A stretch of DNA of 64,000 nucleotides. Origin: an uncultured virus (IMG/VR IMGVR_UViG_3300027573_000022) (Duplodnaviria; Heunggongvirae; Uroviricota; Caudoviricetes). Of the stretch, positions 27,312 through 37,199 are shown one piece after another (within the stretch, counting starts at the first letter, position 1; each line of letters opens with the position of its first letter). Where the stretch lies: the IMG/VR virus record IMGVR_UViG_3300027573_000022; one strand, given 5' to 3'. The position numbers and the translations under genes are program-made. The notes under the pieces are model-generated. The model searched no databases. It saw nothing but the letters and a program-made list of their open reading frames with translations, and had not been told where the DNA came from.

Positions 27312-29141
27312 CTAGTCCTCGCAGCCTTCCTCGAATGTGATCGTGGCCGTTCCCTCACTGCACGACGTCGTCGCGGTCCCATCCTCCCACGTGACGGTCG
27401 CCTCACCGTCTTCGAAGGTGACCTCGATGCAGTTCACGGCGTCCAGCAGAGGCATCGCCTCGAAGTGGAAGACGGCCGGTACGAGGTTGACCGTGCCCGG
27501 GGGTGGGGCGAGTGACGGGGTGACCTCCGCGATGCGGATGTGCGCACGTCGCTGCTGAATCCACCTGCGTCCGCGAACCACCTCGGGAACCGGCGACACC
27601 TGGGGTGCAAGTTCCTGCGCCGTGAAGGTGAAGACCGCGGGAACGAGGTCGACGACGGTCGCTTGCGGACGCGGCGGTGTGTAGGCGACGCGAACCCGGG
27701 AGCGAAGCGGCGGACGCAGCCGACGGCGAACGTCGATGATTGGTGTGTCCTGCGCCTCGAGCGGCGGAGGCATGATGATCTGCCGACGACGCGGGAGGAT
27801 CTGCTGCTTGCGGCGCTGGCTGGGCGCGGGTTCGGTGACGGTCGGAACGAGGACGCTCGCCGTGAAGGTGAACGTGACCGGGACCAGGTCACTGGGCAGG
27901 ACGTCGCGGCCGACGAAGTTGACCGCGTGTATGCCACGATCGCGCGGTGGCACACGCCGGCGGTACTGCGGTGACGTAGGTGGTAGCGGTGCCTCAAGGA
28001 GTGACGGAGGCGCGTCCCAGACCTGCGCCCGACGCACACGCTGCACGGTACGCGGATTGCGTCCGGTAACCTCGGTGAGCTCGATGACGACCGGCGTCGG
28101 CGCGGTTGTGATGCGGCGTTCACGCGGGAACGGAGGTGTGATGCGCCTGCGCGGAATCGCCTGCGTGGCGATCGTCGTTACCTGCGGCGCCAGCGGTGAT
28201 GCTGTGAAGGTGAACGTGGCCGGGACTAGGTCGACGGTGACGCGCGGGACGGGGATGTTCCCGCCGGCGCGACGCTTGGGCCGCGGCGGAATGAGGTTGC
28301 GTCGGATCGCCTGCGGCGGGGCGACGGGTTGGTCGGGTGTTGGCGCGAGCCAGACCTTCGTGTGACGTGGGAACGGAGGCTGCACACGCTTGCGCGGTGT
28401 GACCTCCGTTCCGATCGCGACCACCTGCGGCACGAGGACGGATGCGGTGAAGGTGAACGTCGCGGGAACGAGGTTGGACTCCGCGGGTGGCACCGCCGGG
28501 TAGAAGGGTGCACCCTGGGCGCGCCGCTGCCGGCGCGGCGGCATGACCGGCTTACGGGTCGCCTCCGGGAGGGTGAACGCCTCAGTGCTCGCGGGTGGTG
28601 CCCAAATCTTCGTGTGACGCGGTCGCGGCTGGATGCTGTTGCGCCGTGGAATGACCTCGGTCGCAACGGTCGTGACCTGCGGGCTGAGCGGCTGCGCGGT
28701 GAACGTGAACGTCGCGGGAACGAGCGAGACGTACGTCGGGAACTGGGAGAAGGTGACGCCGCCGCGCGCGGGTCGCGGGGGAACCCGCCGGGGCTGACGT
28801 ACCAGCGGCGGAGGAACGGGCGTCGTCTGCGGAAGCGGCGCGTCATACACCCGCGCCTTCCGACGGTTCGCCGGCTGCTTCTTACGATGCTCCCGGTACG
28901 GGTCGGGAACGAAGACGGACTCGGGCGGAGGTGTGACGACCTCCCACGGCGGTTCCCACACCCTGCCGCGTCGGGCCATGCCACGCTGCGCACCACGTGA
29001 TGCACGACTCTGAACGATGGGGGTGAAGAGAGGAGGTGACTCGACCTCGAGGATGTGAATCGAGGCGGGTGTCCAGACGGGCAGAAGCTGGATGGCCTCG
29101 CGGTACTCGCCTGGGAGGAGGACGACGTTGGTGCCTAGCAC
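27312..29141 (-). CDS. Pro/Arg/Thr-rich repeat protein (probable virion protein)
   Basis: Six LVPA(T/V)FTFTA-type repeats; acidic C-terminal repeats (VTFEDG, VTWEDG, ITFEEG). Confidence 0.7.
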   Translation of the reverse strand: MLGTNVVLLPGEYREAIQLLPVWTPASIHILEVESPPLFTPIVQSRASRGAQRGMARRGRVWEPPWEVVTPPPESVFVPDPYREHRKKQPANRRKARVYDAPLPQTTPVPPPLVRQPRRVPPRPARGGVTFSQFPTYVSLVPATFTFTAQPLSPQVTTVATEVIPRRNSIQPRPRHTKIWAPPASTEAFTLPEATRKPVMPPRRQRRAQGAPFYPAVPPAESNLVPATFTFTASVLVPQVVAIGTEVTPRKRVQPPFPRHTKVWLAPTPDQPVAPPQAIRRNLIPPRPKRRAGGNIPVPRVTVDLVPATFTFTASPLAPQVTTIATQAIPRRRITPPFPRERRITTAPTPVVIELTEVTGRNPRTVQRVRRAQVWDAPPSLLEAPLPPTSPQYRRRVPPRDRGIHAVNFVGRDVLPSDLVPVTFTFTASVLVPTVTEPAPSQRRKQQILPRRRQIIMPPPLEAQDTPIIDVRRRLRPPLRSRVRVAYTPPRPQATVVDLVPAVFTFTAQELAPQVSPVPEVVRGRRWIQQRRAHIRIAEVTPSLAPPPGTVNLVPAVFHFEAMPLLDAVNCIEVTFEDGEATVTWEDGTATTSCSEGTATITFEEGCED

Positions 29142-29359
29142 GCCGTCACCTCACTTGGTGGGGGGTCTGCTCCCTGCCTCGTCCGGGTGTGCCGCGTGAT
29201 CGCCCGACGACGTGTGCGTCGCGCGCCGTACCACCTGCGCCGAAGTGGCAGAGCCAGGTAGTACCGGCAGGGGACGTTCGGCCGCGGCGGAACGTGCGTC
29301 ATCGCCGCGGGCCTCGGGTGCTGAGGCACGAAGCCTCCGCGCGTGGGTCGCGGAATCAC
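29135..29359 (-). CDS. Hypothetical Arg/Pro-rich protein
   Basis: ATGA coupling to the upstream gene; composition similar to the downstream gene. Confidence 0.4.
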   Translation of the reverse strand: MIPRPTRGGFVPQHPRPAAMTHVPPRPNVPCRYYLALPLRRRWYGARRTRRRAITRHTRTRQGADPPPSEVTAC

Positions 29360-31461
29360 AGCCCACCCCTACGAATGAGTGCCTGCACGACCCCGTCTAG
29401 GTTGCGGGACAGCACGGAGATCGTCTGCCCCTCCGCGGGTGGAGAACAAGGTGTGAGAGTCACGGGTGCGGTGCCCGTCAACGTCGTACCTGTGTTGGTC
29501 AGTGTAAGCGATGGCCCAACATCGGGGTAGGAGTCGAGGTCTGCACCCTCGAGCCCGAAAAAGAATGTCGGCGTGCCGCCGTCGGTGAGTGGACACAGAT
29601 CGCCTGTGCGGAGCTCGTTCATTTCCGCTTCGGTCAACTGCCACGGAACGACGAACGGGGCGAAGATCGAGCCGGGGAACGAACCGGTTGTGTTGCCCGT
29701 CCATTCCGTGAACGGGCCGGGGTCGGCTTCGTTGTGATTGCCAACACAGACGGCGGTGCCGCCGGTCATGCGGGAGCCGCCGCCTGTGCCAAGCGCGTTA
29801 TGGGTCTGTTCGACTACCGCGCTGCCGACGGTGCCTATCCAAATTTTGTAGTTCGCCTCGACCGTGCCACCATCGCCGACGCCACAAACGAACGTCCACG
29901 TGCTGTTAGAGAAAGCGAACTGGTCGCTGATCGTCCCGCAATGCCCGCCGCCCGTGTAGCCCTGACCAAAGTAGATACCGTTTGTGCCGCCACGCGTGCC
30001 GAGCATCTGAATTGAGTTAGTGCCGTCGGCGATTTCGATGATCCCCTGAAACGCTGACGTGTCCCCGGTCGTCTTGATCCAACAGCCCATCGAGAATCCG
30101 CCGCTGTTTATGGCGGTGACGGTGGCGCCGTCGAGCCGGTCGGAGTCGCCGCCGGTGAATGTGCGAGTGCGGGTGTCGCCGCCAAACCACTTGTCGAGCA
30201 GGTACGACTCGACCAGGTCGATGTCGTCCGAGTCGAGCGCCGTGTCATAGATGATGACTTCGCCGACGTAGGAGCCGGGCATGTTGCCGAGGCCGTTCTC
30301 GGACCCGGCACGACGACCGAGGTTCGTTGGCGCTGTCATACCTTCGGACCCGACGTCTACGCCGGTGAACGCGGCCGCACCGTTCAGCCGAGTGTGGGAC
30401 GACGCGCCGTCAAACACGACCGTTGTGTAGTACGGGATGTCTGCGTCTACCTCGTAGGCAGCACCGGGAAACGGCGGAGAGGCGGTGCCGAGGACGAAGA
30501 TCGACCCGCCGTTGACTGGGTGATAAACGATCCCACGGTCGTTTGCGCCGCGCATGATGTCCTCGACGCCAGCGGACATCGACGCGAAGTAGATGATCAT
30601 AAACAGGGTGTACGGCTGAGAGATGGCGAACGTCAGGCTACGCAACCCGAGGCCCGGACCAGGCCATATCGCCACACCACGACCGTTCAGCGTTGCTGGC
30701 GCGTAGTCAGGCCCGGCGCCGCCGCCGAGCACGGTCTGGTTGAAGCCACTACCCGACTTGTCCACGGCACCTGTGATCTCGTCGCTGACGATCGTGAGGG
30801 AAGCCACGTCATCGAAGTCGAGCCACAACTTGCAACCGTCGATCGCCCCGGTCGGGTCGACCGTAGGAGCGAAGCCGATCATCCCACCGGCAGCGTCGAT
30901 GCCCGGCGACCATGTGACGGACGCCGAGCCGGTCGCCCCGACCCCGAAGGTCTTAGAGGAGACAAGGATGCGATCGCCACCCCCAAGGCTCTCCTCGGTC
31001 CATCCTGAGATTGACGGCGGGGTGGACGGTGAGCCGACCGCGTCGGACACGTGGAAGCCGACGAGGCAGAGTGTGTCAGCTACGGCGACCGTGACACCGC
31101 CGACCGCCAGCGAGGTCGGCTCGGCGGTGTCGACGGCGGGGGTGCCTTCGAGCGGGGTCTGACCGACGTTAGCCCCACGGACGATGAACGACGTCCACCG
31201 GATACCGCCGACATCACCGGTCGGCGTCCACGTAGAGGGTTCCGTGCCGTCGCGGACCTTGAAGAACCAGCCGAACCAGCTGAGCGTGAAGCCGCCCTGC
31301 ATGATCGTGGTGAAGCCGTCGTCCTCGAAGTCCCACGTGGGGGCACCGGAACCGGACAGGTTCACACAGTGGATGACGTAGATGTCGCCGGCCACGCCGC
31401 CGGTCGGCCGGTCGACGGCGCCGGCTTCGCCGTAGGTGAGACTTTCGACGACGGCCGGCAT
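29356..31461 (-). CDS. Multi-domain tail fibre/receptor-binding protein with LamG/ConA-like domains
   Basis: KLWLDFDD...DKSGSG, GEVIIYD.AL...VESYL..KW, FSMGCWIKT, W.FVCG; Gly/Thr-rich. Confidence 0.7.
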   Translation of the reverse strand: MPAVVESLTYGEAGAVDRPTGGVAGDIYVIHCVNLSGSGAPTWDFEDDGFTTIMQGGFTLSWFGWFFKVRDGTEPSTWTPTGDVGGIRWTSFIVRGANVGQTPLEGTPAVDTAEPTSLAVGGVTVAVADTLCLVGFHVSDAVGSPSTPPSISGWTEESLGGGDRILVSSKTFGVGATGSASVTWSPGIDAAGGMIGFAPTVDPTGAIDGCKLWLDFDDVASLTIVSDEITGAVDKSGSGFNQTVLGGGAGPDYAPATLNGRGVAIWPGPGLGLRSLTFAISQPYTLFMIIYFASMSAGVEDIMRGANDRGIVYHPVNGGSIFVLGTASPPFPGAAYEVDADIPYYTTVVFDGASSHTRLNGAAAFTGVDVGSEGMTAPTNLGRRAGSENGLGNMPGSYVGEVIIYDTALDSDDIDLVESYLLDKWFGGDTRTRTFTGGDSDRLDGATVTAINSGGFSMGCWIKTTGDTSAFQGIIEIADGTNSIQMLGTRGGTNGIYFGQGYTGGGHCGTISDQFAFSNSTWTFVCGVGDGGTVEANYKIWIGTVGSAVVEQTHNALGTGGGSRMTGGTAVCVGNHNEADPGPFTEWTGNTTGSFPGSIFAPFVVPWQLTEAEMNELRTGDLCPLTDGGTPTFFFGLEGADLDSYPDVGPSLTLTNTGTTLTGTAPVTLTPCSPPAEGQTISVLSRNLDGVVQALIRRGGL

Positions 31462-31465
31462 AAGC

Positions 31466-31969
31466 CTAGTCCAGGAGGGAGGTGAGTCCCACCGTGAGAT
31501 CACCGTTGGTGTAGGTTACGGATGAACGTGCGACGAGGAGCCCGAAGATCGACGTCGAGGACGTTCCACACACGTAGTCGGCGCTCTGAAACACAACGGA
31601 TGCAACGGAGTTCGCCGAACCCGGGAAGGCCGCCCAGTCGGTGGTGAGGATCGGCACCCATCCCACATATGAGTCCATGTCGAAGTTCGCGTCGGCGACG
31701 TTAACCTGCTGCGAGTCGGTGCTCGTAACCGTAGGTGACGTCACACTCCACACGTGCAGCTCGAGCGCGGCCGTCTGCGCACTGCGGTCGAGGATGCGAA
31801 GCAGCGAGAGACGCCCACCCGCGCCGGCGAGTCGCGCGGCTCCCGTGAACGTCATGAGCCCACCGACCTGGTCGCCGGTGACGTACGCGGCTGCGCCGAT
31901 CGTGGGCGTGACGTCCGGAAGCACCGCCGAACGAATGCCCCGTACGAACCCTCCGATGCCCTCTCCCAC
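31466..31969 (-). CDS. Hypothetical virion protein
   Basis: Beta-rich; AYVTGDQVGG; structural-operon context. Confidence 0.55.
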   Translation of the reverse strand: MGEGIGGFVRGIRSAVLPDVTPTIGAAAYVTGDQVGGLMTFTGAARLAGAGGRLSLLRILDRSAQTAALELHVWSVTSPTVTSTDSQQVNVADANFDMDSYVGWVPILTTDWAAFPGSANSVASVVFQSADYVCGTSSTSIFGLLVARSSVTYTNGDLTVGLTSLLD

Positions 31970-31972
31970 TTC

Positions 31973-32524
31973 TTACTCACCTCCCAAGCGGTACCTGTTG
32001 AAACGCCAACCGTCGGTTACGATAATGCAACCCGCGTTGGCCGTGCCCATCGTGACGGTCGCTCGGAACGTGACCGCACTGGCGAATGAGGTCGTAAACG
32101 GAGTGCTGTTGCCGCCTACACGTATCTCTCCAGCGGTTGAGAGCGCTTGCCACTCTGTCTCCGCGGCCTGAGCCTCGAGTGTTTGGTACAGTTCCCACCG
32201 AGACTGGGTTTCGGCGATGGTCTTGAGAAAGCCCGACCACCGCAAGACGTAGGGTCGGTTCGCCGATGACGGAAGAGTGTCGGACGCCCCGCTGTCGGCG
32301 ATCAGCGATCCACCGATGTAGAGGCGATAGCGAAGAGTGACTCCCGCTCCGCTGTTGTTCCAGTTTCGTCCGGGGATAAGGATCTCCCAGAAGTCACCGA
32401 CTCGAATCACACCCGCCGGGAGAGTGTAGTTCATAATGTCGAACTCTGCCGTGCTGTTGCCTTGTTGGGCGTTGTCCGTGCTATAAGCGACGATGGTTCC
32501 CACGTTGATGGTACGCATCGGCAT
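31973..32524 (-). CDS. Hypothetical virion protein
   Basis: TAATG coupling; beta-rich. Confidence 0.55.
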   Translation of the reverse strand: MPMRTINVGTIVAYSTDNAQQGNSTAEFDIMNYTLPAGVIRVGDFWEILIPGRNWNNSGAGVTLRYRLYIGGSLIADSGASDTLPSSANRPYVLRWSGFLKTIAETQSRWELYQTLEAQAAETEWQALSTAGEIRVGGNSTPFTTSFASAVTFRATVTMGTANAGCIIVTDGWRFNRYRLGGE

Positions 32525-32844
32525 TAGCGCTCATCTCCGAACGCGTTAAAGCTGACCGTGCTCGAGTTCGCGCGCACCGTGATGACGTCGGACGCGTCAC
32601 CCGTGATGCCGGCGATGAGGACACCCGCCCACAGGCCGTCGAGCGGAACGTCGAAGAGGACGTAGTGCTGCGCGGCGATGCCGGCGCCGTTCGGCCTGAT
32701 CGCAACCCGCACGAGGGCCGAGGTGGATACCTGATTGCACACCCACAGCGATGAACACACGAAGCTCATGTTCGCCGGGCACGTGTAGAGGTCGGTGTCG
32801 GTGTTGAGCGTCGGGTTTGCCTGCCCCAGGACCTTGTACGCCAT
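32524..32844 (-). CDS. Small virion protein (paralog A)
   Basis: KVLGQ...LYTCP...HYVLFDVP...SFNAFG. Confidence 0.6.
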   Translation of the reverse strand: MAYKVLGQANPTLNTDTDLYTCPANMSFVCSSLWVCNQVSTSALVRVAIRPNGAGIAAQHYVLFDVPLDGLWAGVLIAGITGDASDVITVRANSSTVSFNAFGDER

Positions 32845-33347
32845 CAGCTCGCCGCCGGGAGTTCGACGCCGAACACCGAGAACGAGCAGTGACCCTTGAT
32901 GCGAATCGTCGCGCCCGCGTCGAGCGGAAGGGTGACGGTGCGAACCTCCTCGCTGTCGAAGGGAATGTCGTACCAGATGTAGTGGCGAGGCTGGGTGAGG
33001 TTGTTCGAGTCGGGGTTGACGACCGACATGCGAAGGGAAAGCTCGGCGGTCGGGAAGAACCCAAGCACGGCCGTCGTGATGACGACGGTCACGTACGCGC
33101 TGTAGCCGTCGGGCACGGTGTACGCGACGACCTCCGTCTGGGATCGTCCCTGATTCTGCCCGAGAAGGCGCGTGGCGACCGGCGCCGCCTGCTGGTTCGA
33201 CCGCACGGTGCCGTACGCGAAGAGTTCCCAGTTCTCTCGGTTCCAGAACGGGTACATGTAGCGCGTGGACTGGGGTGGACGAAAGCGTCGCAGCCCGTGA
33301 CGGCGCGCCGCCTGCACACTTCCGGTTCCCGCTCCGCTCTGCGCCAT
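32844..33347 (-). CDS. Small virion protein (paralog B)
   Basis: RLLGQ...AYTVP...HYIWYDIP...SFSVFG; TGATG coupling. Confidence 0.6.
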   Translation of the reverse strand: MAQSGAGTGSVQAARRHGLRRFRPPQSTRYMYPFWNRENWELFAYGTVRSNQQAAPVATRLLGQNQGRSQTEVVAYTVPDGYSAYVTVVITTAVLGFFPTAELSLRMSVVNPDSNNLTQPRHYIWYDIPFDSEEVRTVTLPLDAGATIRIKGHCSFSVFGVELPAAS

Positions 33348-34171
33348 CAGCCGTACACCACCGTGATGCGGCCCCACACCGTGACGGCGGTCGTGACCGA
33401 GGCGAGGATCATGAGCCCAAGTGACGCACCGTCGAACACGCGCTGCATGGGCGGGAAGTCATACATCAGGGAGACCTTGTTCTCGATGTTCGCGATCAGG
33501 CCCAGTGAGCAGAGCTTCTTCTGCAGCACAACGGTCGCGACACCCGCCGACGCGGCCGTTGCCACGTTGATGGTGGAGATGGCCTGCACACCCTTCTCGC
33601 CCGCGACCTCGGGGAGCTGAAGTGCGGTGTGCGCGTCCGTCGCCGCTGCCGGAAACGTCAGTGAACCACCGGCGAGGCCCGATGAACCGTCACCCGAGGT
33701 GTACGAGTTCATCGAGAGGATCGGTGCGGTCGTCGTCGTGGCCGTGGTGACCTCGAGCCAAGCCTCCACATCGGCGGAGGGACCGTTGCCCGCGTAGCGC
33801 GGAAGAGCCACGGAGGACACGGTCTTGTTGCCCGTGCTGCTGAGGGCGATACCCGACACACCGACGAGGCGGTCGTACAGCAGCAGCGTGCAGTTCTGGG
33901 TTGCACGTGCCTCGAAGAGGATCGCGAACTTGAAGTCAGATGACTGGTCGGTGAAGAACATCGACCCGACGGCGTCGTCGTACGCGGTGCCCGGTGTAGT
34001 GGCTGGGTCCGCGCCCGCACCGGGGCGACCCGTCGCCTTCCACAGCGTCTGATGCTGACCCGCGGCCTCGGCGGCCGCGGGCGCGATCTTCATGAACTGG
34101 TACTCGTAGACCTTGCCGAACTGGGTCGTTTCGGCGATGACGTCGTCGTACCCGGTGAAGCCTGGCATCAC
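33347..34171 (-). CDS. Hypothetical virion protein
   Basis: LLLYDRL, ALPRY, YTSGDG; Ala/Gly/Thr-rich; GGAGG RBS. Confidence 0.6.
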   Translation of the reverse strand: MMPGFTGYDDVIAETTQFGKVYEYQFMKIAPAAAEAAGQHQTLWKATGRPGAGADPATTPGTAYDDAVGSMFFTDQSSDFKFAILFEARATQNCTLLLYDRLVGVSGIALSSTGNKTVSSVALPRYAGNGPSADVEAWLEVTTATTTTAPILSMNSYTSGDGSSGLAGGSLTFPAAATDAHTALQLPEVAGEKGVQAISTINVATAASAGVATVVLQKKLCSLGLIANIENKVSLMYDFPPMQRVFDGASLGLMILASVTTAVTVWGRITVVYG

Positions 34172-34199
34172 CCCTCCTTAGGAGCGTAGGGGGTGAGGC

Positions 34200-34670
34200 T
34201 TACTCCTCCCACTCGAACGACAGCACGTACAGGTGCGAGGCGGGAAGAGCGTTGCCGACGTTCTGCACCGCGATGCCGTTCGCCGTGCCCTGGTCACAGA
34301 TGAGCTCTTCCTGGAACTCCCACGGAACGTCCATCGCCGACTGCGTGTTGATGGTGGGCTTCGCGAGGAAGTTCGCCGACACCGTCGGGTTGCCCGACCA
34401 CGTGAAGTCGAGGCCCGTGATGACGGATGCACCGGAGCGCGGATCCATCGGGATACCGGCGGAGTTGCCGGTCTGGGTGCCACGCGCCGTGGCGCGGGCG
34501 ATGCCCACCGTCACCTGCTGTGACGTTGGGACGGATGCACCGGCGCGAACGCCGATGATGATGCGACGCAGCTTGTAGTTGGCCGACGCGCCCGCGACGA
34601 GGTTGCCGAACGTCGTGGGCGCAGCGGCGAGGGCGGCCGCAGATTCGGTCGTCACCTTGAAGCGGGCCAT
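34200..34670 (-). CDS. Hypothetical virion protein
   Basis: Ends in FEWEE; GGAG RBS. Confidence 0.6.
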   Translation of the reverse strand: MARFKVTTESAAALAAAPTTFGNLVAGASANYKLRRIIIGVRAGASVPTSQQVTVGIARATARGTQTGNSAGIPMDPRSGASVITGLDFTWSGNPTVSANFLAKPTINTQSAMDVPWEFQEELICDQGTANGIAVQNVGNALPASHLYVLSFEWEE

Positions 34671-34673
34671 TGC

Positions 34674-34901
34674 TTACTCCTTCTCGCTTGGGTTGGGCCA
34701 GACCTGCGCCCGGATGGTTACCTCGAGGACCTGCTCGTCCGCGTAGACGAAGATGCTTGCCCGTCCTCGATCCATACCCGCGGCCCCGTTCACGTAGCCT
34801 TCGAGGATCGCGAGCACATTCTCATCGGCGACTCCCGCTCCGGTCGCGGCGGACCGCGCATCCTCGAGGGTCGCGAACTCGAACTCCTTGATGTCTGCCA
34901 C
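34674..34901 (-). CDS. Hypothetical protein
   Basis: AGGAG RBS; in the operon. Confidence 0.55.
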   Translation of the reverse strand: MADIKEFEFATLEDARSAATGAGVADENVLAILEGYVNGAAGMDRGRASIFVYADEQVLEVTIRAQVWPNPSEKE

Positions 34902-34912
34902 AGGTCGTTCTC

Positions 34913-35359
34913 CTACGTGGCTCGAATGACGTCGTTGGGTGTGTTCACCGTGAAGTCACCACCGTTGGTGACCTGCGGGAAGTTGCTGTCGTGGAAGCTG
35001 ATCAGGTTGCGGGTCGCATCCGTACCGCCACCCTCCTCGTAGAACACGACGGCCCGCGCGGTCCAGCCGCTGGCGCCGTTCCACGTGATGGAGTCGCTGT
35101 CGAGGTTGGCGCGGTTGTTCACATCATCCTGCGTGACGGTTCGTGATGTGACGAGCTTGCGGGCGTAGCCCGTGCCGCTGGCCTCGAGGATACCGGTCAG
35201 CGCTAGCAGTGCGGCGACCGTGAGAAGGTCGGGATCGAACATCTGCGACGGGGTGGTCGCGTTCGTACCGATCACCAGTGCACGGATGTCGGTGGTATCC
35301 CAGTCGAGAAGACCCGACGTGAAGCGCACCTTCGCGACGTTGTAGACCGTCTCACTCAT
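34913..35359 (-). CDS. Minor tail/fibre-associated protein
   Basis: DIRALV...GTGYARK...D..TW...ARAVVFY...TNGGDFTV, a pattern common in phage tail proteins. Confidence 0.6.
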   Translation of the reverse strand: MSETVYNVAKVRFTSGLLDWDTTDIRALVIGTNATTPSQMFDPDLLTVAALLALTGILEASGTGYARKLVTSRTVTQDDVNNRANLDSDSITWNGASGWTARAVVFYEEGGGTDATRNLISFHDSNFPQVTNGGDFTVNTPNDVIRAT

Positions 35360-35549
35360 CGGTGATCACGTCCCCTCGACTTGGGACAACATCGGTGAGT
35401 GCACCCGTCTCGACGTCGAGGACCGTGAACACGATGTCCGTCTCGTCGGCACGAAAGCTGATCGCATCCACGACGCCTTGCCCTTCGATGGGTTCATCTC
35501 CATCGACCAGGACAAGCTTGTAGGTGACGTTGCCTCCGAGGTCGGGCAC
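35352..35549 (-). CDS. Hypothetical protein
   Basis: TACAGT 6 nt before GTG; overlaps the next start. Confidence 0.5.
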   Translation of the reverse strand: MPDLGGNVTYKLVLVDGDEPIEGQGVVDAISFRADETDIVFTVLDVETGALTDVVPSRGDVITDE

Positions 35550-35596
35550 GGGCTAACTGTACCTTCACTTGGTGTCGAGGGGCGAGTCGCTTCCAC

Positions 35597-36298
35597 CTAC
35601 ACCTGCGGCTTGGGAATGCCGAGGTGGGCGAGGACGGCGTCCATGCTTGCCTCGAGTTGAAGAACGCGACCGGCGACGAGGTCGTCGTGATCGTCACCGT
35701 AGAGCCCGATGTAGTTCGCGTCGATCTTGGCGCGAATGTCCTTTGCACCCTGCGGTCCGATGCCGAAGTAGTCGTCGAGCGTCTTCAGCACCTTGTCCAG
35801 CTTCGCTTCCTGTGTAGGGGTCATGTCCTGGGCTCCTGGTCTGAAGGCGGCCTCGATCTGCGCCGAGGTGAGCGTACGTGATGACGAACGGTTGAGCTCG
35901 ATGTGAATGTGATTCTGATGCAGCTTTCCCAGCGAGACGGACACACCGCGCCAGCCGGTGTCGCATCGCCACTCATCACTCTTGTAGAGAACGCGTTGCA
36001 CACCGAGTGCCACGTGATTCTGCACGATGAGTTGACGCCACATACGAATGATGGTGTCCGCCGGTGAGCCGGGTGGAATAGGCGCCGGGTTCGGTGCACC
36101 CGATGGGAGCGCGGCATTGATGTCCATCGCGCGTCCCTCCGCGTGCACCGACCAACCCATCACCTGCAGGCGGGGCGGTCGGCAGGCGTAGATGCCGTTA
36201 CCCGCGAGGTTGGGTGATCGCTTGAGGATGTAGTCGTACAACGCTCTTGCACCCCGCATCTCACGGGTGCAGGAGGTTGCCTTCTCGTAGCAACTCAC
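35597..36298 (-). CDS. Endolysin, M15-like Zn peptidase
   Basis: R...SVHAEGRAMD (SxHxxGxAxD), HQNHIHIE; follows a holin-like gene. Confidence 0.7.
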   Translation of the reverse strand: MSCYEKATSCTREMRGARALYDYILKRSPNLAGNGIYACRPPRLQVMGWSVHAEGRAMDINAALPSGAPNPAPIPPGSPADTIIRMWRQLIVQNHVALGVQRVLYKSDEWRCDTGWRGVSVSLGKLHQNHIHIELNRSSSRTLTSAQIEAAFRPGAQDMTPTQEAKLDKVLKTLDDYFGIGPQGAKDIRAKIDANYIGLYGDDHDDLVAGRVLQLEASMDAVLAHLGIPKPQV

Positions 36299-36636
36299 TT
36301 GATGAGCGGCGGCTTGCTGGCGTCGTCGTTGTTATCGCGGGCCTGCTTGAAGTCCACGATGACGGATGCAACCGAACCGAGCACGAGGCCGAGCAGCAGC
36401 TTGGTGGGCGCGTCCATGTTCTCCAGATTGATCTCAGCGACGGTGACCGTGTCACCGAACTGAGACTCTCCGTAGAGGAACACGGCGGCGATCATCCCAA
36501 CCCACGACACCAGCTGCGTGACGATGGCCGACTTCTGCGTGCTGAAGTTCGACAACTGCCGTAGGAAGTCGACGAACTTGATGCCAAGGGTGGATAGACC
36601 CACCAGTCCTGCGATGAGGACGAGGGGTTCTGTCAT
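36295..36636 (-). CDS. Holin-like membrane protein
   Basis: Three hydrophobic segments and a charged C-terminus; GTGA-coupled to the lysin. Confidence 0.6.
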   Translation of the reverse strand: MTEPLVLIAGLVGLSTLGIKFVDFLRQLSNFSTQKSAIVTQLVSWVGMIAAVFLYGESQFGDTVTVAEINLENMDAPTKLLLGLVLGSVASVIVDFKQARDNNDDASKPPLIK

Positions 36637-36645
36637 GTAAGGCTC

Positions 36646-37191
36646 CTATGCTGTAATCGGACCAAGATTGGTCGCTTGGATGAGACTGCGAATCGTGTTG
36701 GCAGCAGCGGATAATGTGCACGACGCAACCGGGTTGCGGTAGAGACCGCGGAACGTCACCTGATCCGCCGCAACGTCGGCGGGTTGCACAAGGTAACGAC
36801 GCCCGATGTGAGCGCCGTACAACGCTTGACCCGAACCCTGCACCTGGAACGACTCGACGCAGCCCAAGTCTGCGTCACCCGTGCTACCGCTGATACGGTT
36901 CACGACCGTAGCACTCACCACGGTGCCGATGTCGAGACACACCTGCGCGTTTGCGGCGAACGCGTTCGGGTAGGTGGCAAGCATCAGGTCAACGACGTCA
37001 CCGGCCTCGGCGTCGACCGCAACCTCATAGCCGGTCATCGTCGCCCAGGTTGCACTGTTCGCGGCAACGTCGGCAGTGACGACGGTCTGCGCGTGGTCCT
37101 TGACGCCGACACCACCCGATGGGGTGACGCCTCCACACCCAGTGTCACACGAACTTGTCGGCGCCCCGGGCGAGTAGTTGGTTCGGCTCAT
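36646..37191 (-). CDS. Hypothetical virion protein
   Basis: AAGGA RBS; beta-rich; follows the capsid genes. Confidence 0.55.
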   Translation of the reverse strand: MSRTNYSPGAPTSSCDTGCGGVTPSGGVGVKDHAQTVVTADVAANSATWATMTGYEVAVDAEAGDVVDLMLATYPNAFAANAQVCLDIGTVVSATVVNRISGSTGDADLGCVESFQVQGSGQALYGAHIGRRYLVQPADVAADQVTFRGLYRNPVASCTLSAAANTIRSLIQATNLGPITA

Positions 37192-37199
37192 AAGAGTCC

